DNA of 36,828 nt from a virus. Taxonomy: Duplodnaviria; Caudoviricetes. Shown here one piece after another: positions 9,015-19,398 of this stretch. Position 1 is the stretch's first letter, and every line of letters begins with the position of its first letter. The notes beneath the pieces were generated by a model. It saw only the letters and a program-made list of their open reading frames with translations. It had not been told where the DNA came from and did no database searches. A program made the position numbers and the translations under genes. The stretch covers positions 1 to 36,828 of IMG/VR virus record IMGVR_UViG_3300028599_000011. The stretch is one strand, 5' to 3'.

Positions 9015-11537
9015 ATGTCAAGCACAATATTAGGCACAGACATCACGGTATATTACCTTGATGAAAACCGGCAAAAGCGCCTTGAGTGGACAGGCTCCGC
9101 TACGGGCACACGCACAATTAACGAAATTTATTCCGCAATGGCCGACCTATTGGATGAGTCAGCCACAGGTGATGATGCAACCTGTATGACGGCCGAAACG
9201 CCGGTTGAGTATACAATTGGCCTGATTGATGCGAATGATGCCGATCCGTGGTATATCTCTTATGAATGTATGCAACACGTCACAGGCGGCGCACTTCAAA
9301 CCTCGGGCTGGACTCATGCAAACGGTACAGACACAGGGATTATTATTGTCCCTGTTACCTCTAATACCATCACCACAGCCAAATACGGTTTAGATATCTC
9401 AGGCGCAACCACAGGCGCGGGAACGCTTTTAGAGATCCTTGTCCCTGATTCGGGTGGTACTGAATATTTAGTTATTCGTCCTGATACCAATACAAGCTCA
9501 TTTACAACCGCCTCACAGGTTATTACATGTGACGCATTAACCGCTTCACAGTCAGGCGCGGTATCAAACACAGGTGAGCAGGTCTGGGCTAACTTCTATA
9601 ATGTACTGCCTGTTGACGCTAATACGCATTGGTATGCTTATCAAGGCACAGTGGCAGATGGCGCTAGAACACGAGTTTATGATGTAAATGACGGTAATAA
9701 TACCGACTCCCAAGATTACTGGCCAGAAGGATCAGTTGATAGAGCTCTATTCACAAATGACATCACCTCCGCGACATTAGCCGCGATAGATGATAGAAAT
9801 GTGACGTGGTTCGCACGTAAAGGCAATACATTAGGTGATTCTTTCGAGTCCACTGCTTCGGCTTCTGGTGGTCGTAACCCTATTCCTCTTAAGCCTTCAG
9901 CAGATTCTAACCATACTACGGGTTATCAATCTATCACTATGGCCTCTGTTATCTCTGATACTCACGCGGTCGGGGATGTTATTGAGGGTGGTACGTCTGG
10001 CGCAAAAGGGGTCATTACTTTAATAACAGGCTCTAGCCCTACATGGGTTTTCCATTACTACCTGATTGGCGATCCACAAATTACCTTCAGCACAGCAGCC
10101 GAAACAATCAACTCTGTTTCTCCTGGTACGGGTACCGGCTCAAAAGGTATCGTTGCTCCAGCTAACCAAGGCCCAGCACTGGCGACGTGGTTTACGTCTA
10201 ATACCGCGCCTACAATGGTTCATGGTAATACCACCTCAGATATTGATGATAACGGTACAGCCGAAGGTTATGGCGCTTTGCTAGATTGCCAATCTAACCC
10301 ATTAAGTGAGGTTTACGAGTGGACGCAGTATGTTTGCCAAAATGGCACATTAGGCACAACACCGACAGATGGTATAGCAGGCGAGCAATATGTAGGGCCT
10401 ACTGTATTTTTAGAATATTCCGGTACGGTAACTGGTACTATTTCTGAAGGGTCAGACGTTTCTCAAGCTACTTCTTTGGCCACGGGTATTGTGGTTTCTC
10501 ATGATGTCACACTAAAACAAATGTTATTACGTGATGTTAGAGGGACTTTTGATACCACTAATGTTGTTACAGATAACGATGTGGGTGGCACAGTCACCCC
10601 CAACACCACAGCAACCGCGTTTAACGCTAATACTGCGAGTCCTTTTGGTACCTTTGCCGGTGGTCGATACTTCTTTGCTCGCGGAATTGTTCCTGTCAAT
10701 TGGATTGGTGCTGATGAAAACTCGTTTGAAACAATACCATCTAATGATGGTAAAAAAGCTAATGGTGATGCAATCTCAAGACCTACTGCGATCTCACTAT
10801 CTGTATCTAATCTTGTTGGGACAGGCATAACAACTGCGACAGACGATCAAGTTTGGATGCATCGATTAACTGGATCAGGTGGGACCATCGACAAAACCGA
10901 ATATTCAGCAGCCGGTGGCGAAGCAGCGGGAGCCGCGACATTAGTCGTAGATACTGCGATTAGTGCGGACACCCCTGGTAAGTCTACAGGTGGACAGTTA
11001 AACCTTAGAGATGCTTCTGATAATAACGCGCATTACGCGATCAGGTTCTCATCATGGGCGACATCCACCTTTACGCTGGCTAACTTTGCCGCCTTTGTGA
11101 CCACGGCAACGACCAATGCCACTCAAGTCACTTATGCGACAGGTGGGTTTAATGCCAACGTTCAGAGGGGTGATTTAGTCTATAACTCCACTGCTGGCGG
11201 GGTGGGGTACGTCTTGACGGTGGATTCTGATACTCAATTGACATTAGAAGGAACAGGGATATCAGGACAGACAAACGGCGATACTGTGGAAATTAACTGT
11301 ATTCCGATTGCTTTGGTCGATACCGCTGATGATGTTTATGTGTCCTTAATCGGGGAATACGCAAGCTCAACCAGTGCCAGCGTATCAATCGTTTATGCTT
11401 CACCTATTTTTTACCGGGTGAAAGTGGCCAATACTCGCGCCACGACTAAGATAAAACGCTTTGTGAATGATGGCTCAACATCAGGAACGGATAAAGATAC
11501 ACCTTGTATCCGTAACACTGACTCGATATACGCATAA
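9015..11537 (+). CDS. Large putative virion appendage protein 2
   Basis: AGGAG RBS; T/G/S-rich; repeated GxTSxAxG-like modules. Confidence 0.7.
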   Translation: MSSTILGTDITVYYLDENRQKRLEWTGSATGTRTINEIYSAMADLLDESATGDDATCMTAETPVEYTIGLIDANDADPWYISYECMQHVTGGALQTSGWTHANGTDTGIIIVPVTSNTITTAKYGLDISGATTGAGTLLEILVPDSGGTEYLVIRPDTNTSSFTTASQVITCDALTASQSGAVSNTGEQVWANFYNVLPVDANTHWYAYQGTVADGARTRVYDVNDGNNTDSQDYWPEGSVDRALFTNDITSATLAAIDDRNVTWFARKGNTLGDSFESTASASGGRNPIPLKPSADSNHTTGYQSITMASVISDTHAVGDVIEGGTSGAKGVITLITGSSPTWVFHYYLIGDPQITFSTAAETINSVSPGTGTGSKGIVAPANQGPALATWFTSNTAPTMVHGNTTSDIDDNGTAEGYGALLDCQSNPLSEVYEWTQYVCQNGTLGTTPTDGIAGEQYVGPTVFLEYSGTVTGTISEGSDVSQATSLATGIVVSHDVTLKQMLLRDVRGTFDTTNVVTDNDVGGTVTPNTTATAFNANTASPFGTFAGGRYFFARGIVPVNWIGADENSFETIPSNDGKKANGDAISRPTAISLSVSNLVGTGITTATDDQVWMHRLTGSGGTIDKTEYSAAGGEAAGAATLVVDTAISADTPGKSTGGQLNLRDASDNNAHYAIRFSSWATSTFTLANFAAFVTTATTNATQVTYATGGFNANVQRGDLVYNSTAGGVGYVLTVDSDTQLTLEGTGISGQTNGDTVEINCIPIALVDTADDVYVSLIGEYASSTSASVSIVYASPIFYRVKVANTRATTKIKRFVNDGSTSGTDKDTPCIRNTDSIYA

Positions 11538-11719
11538 TGTATACCGTTGAAGGGTTGAGAAACGGGATTAAGCAGTGCAGGAATAATAAGAAACTGCTTA
11601 AAGAGGCGATGGGCAAAGAAGATAAAACCATCGCCGACTATAAAGCCATGATTGCCAGCATCGAAGAAGCCGATAAAAAGAAGGCTGAAGCTGAGGCTAA
11701 TATTCATATAGAGGTTTAA
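11537..11719 (+). CDS. Small coiled-coil protein, possible assembly chaperone
   Basis: TAATG coupling; charged helical sequence between two large structural-type genes. Confidence 0.6.
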   Translation: MYTVEGLRNGIKQCRNNKKLLKEAMGKEDKTIADYKAMIASIEEADKKKAEAEANIHIEV

Positions 11720-11720
11720 A

Positions 11721-13202
11721 ATGGCCGTAAGAACAGACTTTACGTTCAACATGGAAGTAAGTCCGCGCATCATTACGATTGCCGCGCCTTCAGTAGAGGC
11801 GACCGTTCAAGATATACACAGCACCATTACTGATTACGAGGACTCGATTGAAGGTGGGCAGTTTCCTAGATTAATCCTGTCGGCAGGTAAAGAAGATCTG
11901 GGTGGTGGTGTAACGGTTGGGATCACATCCACATTACAGGATGCTCAAATCCAGTTTGCCGGACGAACGGTAGCGACAGAATTCGGAGCGGTAAGTTCAA
12001 ACGATACGACAGGAACGTTATTAAATGCAGTTGGTGGGTTATTCGTCACTAACGGGGTATCCCGTGGTGATACGGTGTTTAATTCCACAACTGGCTCAAT
12101 GGCGACCATTTTATCTGTGACCGACGAAACTAATCTTGTGTCTCAGCAAATCACCGGAGGGGCAAGGACAACCTGGTTAAATACGGACAATTACTCAATT
12201 TATGTAAATGTTCAGTGTAATATCTCAGGTGGTAACTTAGTAGCGGTTGACGATGTAGGAGCTTCACTCAGTTCTATATTACAATCTCCTAATACTAACG
12301 TGGTTAGAACAGCATCAAGTTCGGCCACCTTAGCGAATCAAACCCAATTAGAAGCCTCAAGTTTCTTTGGCGCGGTGGCTATCGATCCAGCATCAGGTTA
12401 TTCAGGCACAGATTTTCCGGTCGGTACACGAGAACAGCCTGTTAACAATATAGCTGATGCTGAACTAATAGCTGACGCACGAGGATTCCGCGACTTTTTC
12501 GTAGTTGGAAACTTAACTATAAGCTCTCAGGATGTGTCGGAAGGTTATCGCTTTATCGGTGATTCTCCAGCTAATATTGTTGTAACGGTAGATGCGTCAG
12601 CAGACGTCACAAATTGTGAATTCCAGCATTGTATTATTCAGGGTACTTTAGACGGTACTAATATACTAAGGCAGTGTATTGTTTTAGATATCACTGTCGA
12701 TACGGCTACTGGAGATTTCTTCCAAGAATGCGCACTAAACGGCACCATTACTTTAGTCAGTAGCACCTCGCTTAACATATGGAATTGTAACTCCAATTTT
12801 GCAGGTGGAGGGCCTTCTCAATTAGCAGTTATTGATTTAGGCGGGGCCACTCCTACCTCAGTTCTTATGAGAAAATACAACGGGGGGGTTAAGTTTATTA
12901 ACTGTTCGGCTGCCGTTGACGTGTCCGCTGATGTGCCGTCCGGTCGTGTTGTTATAGATTCCACGATAACAGCAGGTACTTTCACTCTAAGGGGCGGGAG
13001 TTGTGAGGTTACCCATACCCAAACAGGAACTGAGACGGTAACCGACAAAACAATATACAAAAGAACGAATGATTTATGGCAGTTTAAAGGAGCCGATCCA
13101 GATAACGCCGCGGCAATAACTGGCGACGGCGTGACAAGCTCTGTGGTAACGGTAGACAGCAAGGTGTTAACCATTACTCCAACCAGCATTACGAGAACAT
13201 GA
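11721..13202 (+). CDS. Large putative virion appendage protein 3 (possible beta-helix C-terminal half)
   Basis: T/S/G/V-rich; periodic N/C/F ladder-like pattern (VTNCEFQHCIIQG, FQECALNG, IWNCNS, FINCS). Confidence 0.7.
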   Translation: MAVRTDFTFNMEVSPRIITIAAPSVEATVQDIHSTITDYEDSIEGGQFPRLILSAGKEDLGGGVTVGITSTLQDAQIQFAGRTVATEFGAVSSNDTTGTLLNAVGGLFVTNGVSRGDTVFNSTTGSMATILSVTDETNLVSQQITGGARTTWLNTDNYSIYVNVQCNISGGNLVAVDDVGASLSSILQSPNTNVVRTASSSATLANQTQLEASSFFGAVAIDPASGYSGTDFPVGTREQPVNNIADAELIADARGFRDFFVVGNLTISSQDVSEGYRFIGDSPANIVVTVDASADVTNCEFQHCIIQGTLDGTNILRQCIVLDITVDTATGDFFQECALNGTITLVSSTSLNIWNCNSNFAGGGPSQLAVIDLGGATPTSVLMRKYNGGVKFINCSAAVDVSADVPSGRVVIDSTITAGTFTLRGGSCEVTHTQTGTETVTDKTIYKRTNDLWQFKGADPDNAAAITGDGVTSSVVTVDSKVLTITPTSITRT

Positions 13203-13537
13203 CATTAAGTGTTGCCACATCAGGACATATCCCCACCAGAAGCCCTGCATGCTTGGCGGTATCTGGGTTTATATGTGAATCTGTATCAGTTAGAGCTGGT
13301 GTTAAGCACTACGCCAAGAAGAAATATGAGGATGATTTAGACAATTTTCTTCTTCCTTGGGAAATTAAGGACAAAAATAAGACGGTTGTTGTTGAAAAGC
13401 AAAAAACGGGGAAATTTGCTAAAAAGCAGTTCATTGTCCATAATACAATGGAGGCTGAGTATATAACTGAACTCAAAGCCGAACAGAAACGAAAACGCCG
13501 TAAAAAGGCCATTGCCATGCTATTAGAGAGCTTATGA
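13199..13537 (+). CDS. Hypothetical protein with basic C-terminus
   Basis: ATGA coupling; ends KRKRRKKAIAMLL. Confidence 0.65.
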   Translation: MTLSVATSGHIPTRSPACLAVSGFICESVSVRAGVKHYAKKKYEDDLDNFLLPWEIKDKNKTVVVEKQKTGKFAKKQFIVHNTMEAEYITELKAEQKRKRRKKAIAMLLESL

Positions 13538-13794
13538 CTGACAAATTAAGAAACACAGATGCTAATAATGTTTTAAGTAATCCAGCCTATAAAAAGGCAA
13601 TGGAAAAGATTGAGCGCAACCTGGAAGAAAAACTTAAAGGTTGCGCTCCAAACGATCCTAAAATGGCACAAAGCGTTGTTTTAGCCAAGCAGATATTCTA
13701 TGGTATACAAAGAGAATTAGTGCGCATCATGAACGATGTAGAACGCGAACCGAATTTAAAGGAAATAAAAAAGACCTCAGTTTTTAAACGCTGA
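13534..13794 (+). CDS. Small helical head-region protein upstream of scaffold
   Basis: ATGA coupling and position. Confidence 0.65.
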   Translation: MTDKLRNTDANNVLSNPAYKKAMEKIERNLEEKLKGCAPNDPKMAQSVVLAKQIFYGIQRELVRIMNDVEREPNLKEIKKTSVFKR

Positions 13795-13827
13795 TAACAT
13801 TCAGCATAATGTCGGGAGACATAAAGT

Positions 13828-14928
13828 ATGGAAAATCAAGCTACCCAAACGGGCGCGAGTGTACATGACCAATTAATGGAGCGATTGGCTCCACCAGAAG
13901 AAACTCAAGACGATCTCGATACTGAGATCGTCGAAGAGTCTGATTCACTTGAAAAAAGTGAGCCAGAAGAAGTAGAAACTGCTGAATCTAGCGAGGAAGC
14001 ACAGGAAGAAGAGGTGTCAACAGACGCCGAAGATGAAAACACTGAATCGCAAATAGAACTCTCTGACCTTGCCGAATATCTAGGCGTCGAAGCTGATAAA
14101 CTCGATGTTGATGATAGTGGTGCTATATTAGTGAAAACTAAAATAGATGGTCAGGAGGGTGTTGCTAAATTTAGTGATCTCATTAAGAGCCATCAATTAG
14201 AAGGCCACCTCAATAAACAAAACATGGAAGTCGTCGAAGCGCAAAAAGCACTCGACACACAACGTACTGAACTTGAGTCTCAAGTATCAGCAAAACTCCA
14301 GGAAACCGAAACATTAACGCAGCTTGCTTATGGTGAGTTAACGCGTGAATTTGAATCGATTGACTGGAATTCGCTTCGTGCAGAAGACCCCGCCGAATAT
14401 GCAGCACAGCAACGGGATTTTGATGCACGAAAACAGTCTATTACTGAAGCATACCAAAAAGTACAGCAAGACAAGCACGAGCAAGACGTTAAGCAGAATC
14501 AAGAGTTGCAAGCACATTTACAAGCGGAAGACCAAAAACTCTACCAGGCGATTGAGGGATGGGATAAACCCGAAACGGCTAAAAAAGAGTTTTCTGAGGT
14601 TATGTCCTACTTACAAACTGCTCATGGCTACTCTAATGAAAACTTATACGGAGTGCGTGATCAAAACGGGGCAATCGTTCAGCCTGGTATTAGCGATCAC
14701 AAAATTGTCGTTATGGCGCGAAAAGCCATGTTGTATGACCAGCTTCAGCAAACCAAGCCCTCTATTACTAAAAAAGTGCGTAAAGCACCCAAGATAGCGA
14801 AAGTGGGCGCGATCAAGGCTGTGGATACGGATGCTAAAAAACATGCAGAGCTCAAGAACAAAGTCAAACAATCAGGGGGTAAGATAGGCTCTTTAGCCGC
14901 TTACCTTTTAGAAACCGGAAAAGTTTAA
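13828..14928 (+). CDS. Capsid scaffolding protein
   Basis: Acidic N-terminus, KTKIDGQEG, IDWNSLRAEDPAEY, coiled coil, basic C-terminus; directly before the capsid gene. Confidence 0.88.
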   Translation: MENQATQTGASVHDQLMERLAPPEETQDDLDTEIVEESDSLEKSEPEEVETAESSEEAQEEEVSTDAEDENTESQIELSDLAEYLGVEADKLDVDDSGAILVKTKIDGQEGVAKFSDLIKSHQLEGHLNKQNMEVVEAQKALDTQRTELESQVSAKLQETETLTQLAYGELTREFESIDWNSLRAEDPAEYAAQQRDFDARKQSITEAYQKVQQDKHEQDVKQNQELQAHLQAEDQKLYQAIEGWDKPETAKKEFSEVMSYLQTAHGYSNENLYGVRDQNGAIVQPGISDHKIVVMARKAMLYDQLQQTKPSITKKVRKAPKIAKVGAIKAVDTDAKKHAELKNKVKQSGGKIGSLAAYLLETGKV

Positions 14929-14940
14929 AGAGGATTTATC

Positions 14941-15888
14941 ATGGCATTACCAGCAGATACACTATCCACCTATGGATCAATAGGAAACAGAGAAGACTTA
15001 TCAGATATTATCTACGAAGTCGCTCCCACTAAAACGCCATTTTTATCGATGCTGCCGCGCACCACTGCGACATCAGTTAAACATGAATGGCAGGCACACG
15101 ATCTGGCCGCCGCTTCAGCTACGAACTTCGTAATTGAGGGCGATGACGCTACGACTGACGCCGTATCAGTAACCACTCGGCCAATTAACTACACGGCTAT
15201 TAGTGATAAGGTCGCGCGCGTTACACGTACTCAAGAAAAAGTAAGCAAAGCAGGTCGTCGTTCTGAAATGGCTTTCCAGATGGAAACCAAAATGAAAGAG
15301 CTAAAGCGGGATTGCGAGTCTATCTTACTTGAGAATAATGCTTATGTCGCTGGCGGCACGGGCGTTGCTCGTGAGAGTGCCGGTGTTCAGGCTTGGGTTA
15401 AAACAAACACAAGCATTGCGGCTGATGCAACTGCTTCAACGGGCGACGGTTCAGATGCTCATACTGACGGCACAGCAAGGGCTTTAACTGAGAGCATGTT
15501 TGAAGAGGTCCTCTCTTCATGCTGGACGGAAGGTGGCGAGCCGACTATCGCGATCCTTAATAAATTCCAGAAACGTAAGGTTGCCAATTTCTCAGGTAAT
15601 ACGACCCGTACTATGGATGGGGATATGAAGAAGTTAACTAATACTATTGATATTTATATCGATCCATTAGGTAATGAAATCCGCATGGTTCCTGATCAAT
15701 TCGTCCCGGCTGACGTTATATATTTCATTGATCCTGAGCACGTTAAATTTGCAGTATTGGATGACTTCCAAAGCGCAGATTTAGCTAAAACAGGTGATAG
15801 TGACCGCAAACAGATTATCGTTGAAGCCACGCTTGAAATGTGTAATGAAAAAGCGCACGGCGGGATTTACGATCTGTCTGCTTCATAG
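14941..15888 (+). CDS. Major capsid protein (DUF5309/SU10-like)
   Basis: GNREDLSDII..TPF, HEWQ, EGDDA, ELKRDCE, LAKTGDSDRK..E.TLE..NEKAHG motifs. Confidence 0.92.
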   Translation: MALPADTLSTYGSIGNREDLSDIIYEVAPTKTPFLSMLPRTTATSVKHEWQAHDLAAASATNFVIEGDDATTDAVSVTTRPINYTAISDKVARVTRTQEKVSKAGRRSEMAFQMETKMKELKRDCESILLENNAYVAGGTGVARESAGVQAWVKTNTSIAADATASTGDGSDAHTDGTARALTESMFEEVLSSCWTEGGEPTIAILNKFQKRKVANFSGNTTRTMDGDMKKLTNTIDIYIDPLGNEIRMVPDQFVPADVIYFIDPEHVKFAVLDDFQSADLAKTGDSDRKQIIVEATLEMCNEKAHGGIYDLSAS

Positions 15889-15897
15889 GAGAATATT

Positions 15898-16254
15898 ATG
15901 CCAGGTTATTCATTAAAAAATATTTTCCTGACCGGAGAAATTGCTGATATCTCAACCGCTTCATCTGTCCGTATTCCGATTGTGGATGATATGGAAGGCG
16001 AAGTGGTTGATGTTAGAACAGTATTAGGCGGCGCTATTATTACCGCAGATGCTATTGTGACAGTCAGCAAAGGAAATGCGTCAATGGGAACAGTCACAAT
16101 TGCTACTGCGGCAAGTGCAGAGGGTGATATTGATTCTCTGCAACCCACAAGCGACAACAGGTATGTTGTAGCAGGCGATTGGCTTGAGCTGACCACTAAT
16201 GGCGCATCAGGCAACGCAGTCCCTGTTGGTTTTACTGTCACCATTAAGCGATAA
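15898..16254 (+). CDS. Putative head decoration protein
   Basis: Small beta-rich protein between capsid gene and terminator; AGGAG RBS. Confidence 0.65.
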   Translation: MPGYSLKNIFLTGEIADISTASSVRIPIVDDMEGEVVDVRTVLGGAIITADAIVTVSKGNASMGTVTIATAASAEGDIDSLQPTSDNRYVVAGDWLELTTNGASGNAVPVGFTVTIKR

Positions 16255-16279
16255 AGGAGTGGGGCGAAAGCCCCTCTTT
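16254..16279 (+). terminator. Intrinsic terminator after capsid/decoration genes
   Basis: GGGGC-GAAA-GCCCC then TCTTT; short U tract suggests read-through. Confidence 0.7.
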
Positions 16280-16290
16280 GGAGAGGAAAT

Positions 16291-16656
16291 ATGAGAAATT
16301 CGTTTAAAGAAGAACGGCTTGTTTTTGAGTCCGTAGCTAGAACAGCGACCCCGACAGCGGCTACGCTTGTCTGTGGTAGCTTGGGCGGTTTGTTTGTTAT
16401 CGATGTGACTGCAGTCGCGGCCACGCCATCAGTGGTTTTTAATATAGATGGTGTTGTTGCAGGTATTGAGTACACTATTATCGATTCTGCTGCTATCACG
16501 GCCACAGGAACGACTGTTATCAGGGTTCACCCTAGTTTAACCGGGGCGGCTAATACGATCGCAAAAGATATCTTACCCCAGGCGGTCAAGATTTCACCTG
16601 TTCACGCAGATGCTGATTCAATCACTTATACGGTTACTTATGTCGGAGTGAACTAA
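16291..16656 (+). CDS. Small beta-rich virion protein
   Basis: GAGG RBS; A/T/V-rich; structural operon. Confidence 0.6.
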   Translation: MRNSFKEERLVFESVARTATPTAATLVCGSLGGLFVIDVTAVAATPSVVFNIDGVVAGIEYTIIDSAAITATGTTVIRVHPSLTGAANTIAKDILPQAVKISPVHADADSITYTVTYVGVN

Positions 16657-16997
16657 TGGACGAAGATGGACTGGTTGAAACGAGGCACTTTGATGAGAAA
16701 TCAGGCAGCCTTACTGTAAAGACGAGTTATGACTCAACCGGAACCATAGACGCTAATAAAAAGGCGCGTAACCGTACACCTGAGACCGGAAAGTTTAAAC
16801 AGTCGAACGGTGGGCTGGTCCATGCTTTACGCATTGAAATGGGTGATGTGATCCGTTTACGTAATCTTGGATATAACCTATTATCTCCTGATAAAGACGA
16901 GGTAAGACGTGCGTTGCTTTATATACAGCAAAATGAGCCATGGCACATTCCGACTACAGGTAAAGTCTTTACTAAAAATAGGACGGTATGGATGTGA
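16656..16997 (+). CDS. Hypothetical virion-assembly protein
   Basis: TAATG coupling; lies before the adaptor gene. Confidence 0.6.
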   Translation: MDEDGLVETRHFDEKSGSLTVKTSYDSTGTIDANKKARNRTPETGKFKQSNGGLVHALRIEMGDVIRLRNLGYNLLSPDKDEVRRALLYIQQNEPWHIPTTGKVFTKNRTVWM

Positions 16998-17638
16998 GCA
17001 TATCTAATTATGGTGAATTAAAAACCGCCGTTGCCGATTGGTTGAATGATTCTACTTTAACTGCTCGAATACCTGATTTTATCTTATACGCTGAGTCGAT
17101 TATTTACGGCGATCCAAAGCCTGTCGATCCTTCTGTGTTGCCAGGTGTTCGTGTAAGGGCGATGTATCAAAGAATCGTCACTGCCGTAACAACGGAGTAT
17201 TTCACCAGCCCTGCCAATCTATTAGAATTGAGAGATATTCAAATCAATACCGATCCGATTGTCTCCTTAAAATACTTAACGCCTAAACAATTAACCGATA
17301 AATATTTAGCCTCTGGCGGTGGACCACCTAAACACTATACAATTATTGGTGATGAGATACAGTTAAAACCTGATCCAGATGCCTCAATTGATGTAGAGAT
17401 AGGCGGAAATTATAAATTCACCGCTTTTTCGGCCGATGTTGATGAAAACTGGTTACTCACCAATCATCCTTTTATTTACCTTTATGCGGCATTAATTGCG
17501 GCGAGTCCTTATCTGAAAGATACGACAGTTGACTGGAAATCAGAGTATATAACGTTAGTTAAGTCGTTAAATGCATCAGAGAAAAGGGGTCAGTATGGTA
17601 GCTCAATCAGCTCAACAGTGAGGGCGTCTACCCCATGA
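16988..17638 (+). CDS. Head-tail adaptor (tail tubular A-like)
   Basis: YGELKTAVADWL..LT..IPDFI..AE, G.PKHY, NWLLTNHPFIYLYAAL motifs. Confidence 0.82.
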   Translation: MDVSISNYGELKTAVADWLNDSTLTARIPDFILYAESIIYGDPKPVDPSVLPGVRVRAMYQRIVTAVTTEYFTSPANLLELRDIQINTDPIVSLKYLTPKQLTDKYLASGGGPPKHYTIIGDEIQLKPDPDASIDVEIGGNYKFTAFSADVDENWLLTNHPFIYLYAALIAASPYLKDTTVDWKSEYITLVKSLNASEKRGQYGSSISSTVRASTP

Positions 17639-19083
17639 TTTTAGAGTTTGGAGAATGGCTGCCCGATCAACCTGCCCTTAGCAACCCAGGCTGCACCGAG
17701 GCGAAAAACTGTTTTCCCGTGAAGACTTCATATAAATCTATGCGCGATCTGGTTAACTTCTCCGCCGCGCTGACAGAAAGACCTTATCAAGCCTTTTCCG
17801 CAAAATCTGCAGACTTAAATACACACATGTTTGTTGGATCTAGCACTAAGATTTGTAAATTAGCCACATCGACAGTATGGGCTGACGTATCTATAGCCGC
17901 AGGGTATACCGCAAATGATTGGGAATTTGCCCAATATGGAGACGCAGTGATCGCGGTTAACATTGGCGATCCTATTCAAACATACACTCTAGGTGTTAGC
18001 GCCTTATTTTCTAACTTGATCGCCACGCTTAACGCGTCTACAGTTGCTTCTTCGGAACTTTTTGTAATGGTCGGAAATACTAACGATACGACAGACGGCG
18101 CAGTACCTCATAGAATAAGGTGGTCTGCTATTGGCGATCACACAGATTGGACAGTTTCCGCAGCAACTCAGTCTGACTTTGAAGATCTAAATTCAAATTA
18201 CGGTGAGGTTAAAAAGGTCGTTTATAACGGTGATTTTTATGCCTTTCAGGAAAAAGCCATCACACGGGTAAGTTACGTTGGTTCACCTGTTGTGTTTAAT
18301 GTAGACACTTTTGAAACAGGCAGAGGGACAAAATATCAAGGGTCAGTCGCAACCGTAGGAGATCGCATTTTCTATTTATCAGAAGATGGGTTTTATATGC
18401 TGAGATATTCCGAATCTGTTCCGATTGGTGCTGATAAAGTCGATAAAACTTTTTTTATAGATTTACACAGCTTTTACGCAGAAAGAATAAGGGTAGCAGT
18501 CGATCCAATTAACAATCTTATTATCTGGTCCTACCCGTCAATTGCTATGAATGGCGAGCTTGATAAACAGATTATTTATAATTGGAAAAATAACCGCTGG
18601 TCGAGTTCTGATTACACACTTTCAAATATTACGCAATCTTCATCGCTGGGCTACACACTAGATGGATTGGACGCGATCACAACCAACCTTGATGCGCTGA
18701 CTTTATCTTTAGATTCGAGAGTATGGCAAGGCGGCGAGGTGTCACTAGCGGCATTTGACAAAGATTGGAAGTTTAGTTTTTTCACTGGAGCGACTAAACC
18801 CGTTACAATGGAGACCGCCGAATTCCAACCTGTGGAAGGGCAGCAGTCTCATTTATCCAGAATAAGAGCGTTAACCGATGCTGTCGCCACAGCCCAGATT
18901 GGCACTAGAAACACACAAACAGGCGACCCAGTCTGGAGCTCAGTGTATTCAGCCGAAACTAACGGTGATATCCCTGTAAGAGAGAAAGCCAGATATCATA
19001 GAATCAGACTGATTACGTCCGGAGATTATGACGATATTCAAGGCGCAGAAATAATGAAGGCTCTGCCAGCAGGTGGCCGATGA
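17635..19083 (+). CDS. Tail nozzle/stabilisation protein (P22 gp10/tubular B-like)
   Basis: FGEWLPDQP start, RIRWSAIGD, FYLSEDGFY; propeller-like; position. Confidence 0.8.
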   Translation: MILEFGEWLPDQPALSNPGCTEAKNCFPVKTSYKSMRDLVNFSAALTERPYQAFSAKSADLNTHMFVGSSTKICKLATSTVWADVSIAAGYTANDWEFAQYGDAVIAVNIGDPIQTYTLGVSALFSNLIATLNASTVASSELFVMVGNTNDTTDGAVPHRIRWSAIGDHTDWTVSAATQSDFEDLNSNYGEVKKVVYNGDFYAFQEKAITRVSYVGSPVVFNVDTFETGRGTKYQGSVATVGDRIFYLSEDGFYMLRYSESVPIGADKVDKTFFIDLHSFYAERIRVAVDPINNLIIWSYPSIAMNGELDKQIIYNWKNNRWSSSDYTLSNITQSSSLGYTLDGLDAITTNLDALTLSLDSRVWQGGEVSLAAFDKDWKFSFFTGATKPVTMETAEFQPVEGQQSHLSRIRALTDAVATAQIGTRNTQTGDPVWSSVYSAETNGDIPVREKARYHRIRLITSGDYDDIQGAEIMKALPAGGR

Positions 19084-19394
19084 GTAAAGTTGTCACAAAG
19101 CATGGTAATGAAAAAGAGCATCGTTATTTGTTGGCTTCCGCTATTAATGAAAATGATGACGGGAAAACGAGTAATACCGGATCATTTACGGTTACGATAA
19201 GTCAGACCACCACGGTCGTTTCAGATAAAAGGGCTGGCACTAACTCAGTTATTTTATTTTCCCCAACAACAGCCAGCGCGGCAACAGAAATTTCTACAAT
19301 GTATGTATCAGCGAACGGAAAAGAAACATTCACAGTCACTCACGTAAGTTCTGTGACAGCAGATAGAACTTTTAACTATGTAATAGTAGGATAA
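19080..19394 (+). CDS. Small tail-associated protein
   Basis: T/S/V-rich; follows the nozzle gene. Confidence 0.6.
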   Translation: MSKVVTKHGNEKEHRYLLASAINENDDGKTSNTGSFTVTISQTTTVVSDKRAGTNSVILFSPTTASAATEISTMYVSANGKETFTVTHVSSVTADRTFNYVIVG

Positions 19395-19398
19395 GATC

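Noticed and set aside
15906-16505. 199-aa antisense ORF and other shadow ORFs across the structural operon
   Set aside because: They lie opposite or out of frame with well-supported genes, with no RBS or motifs
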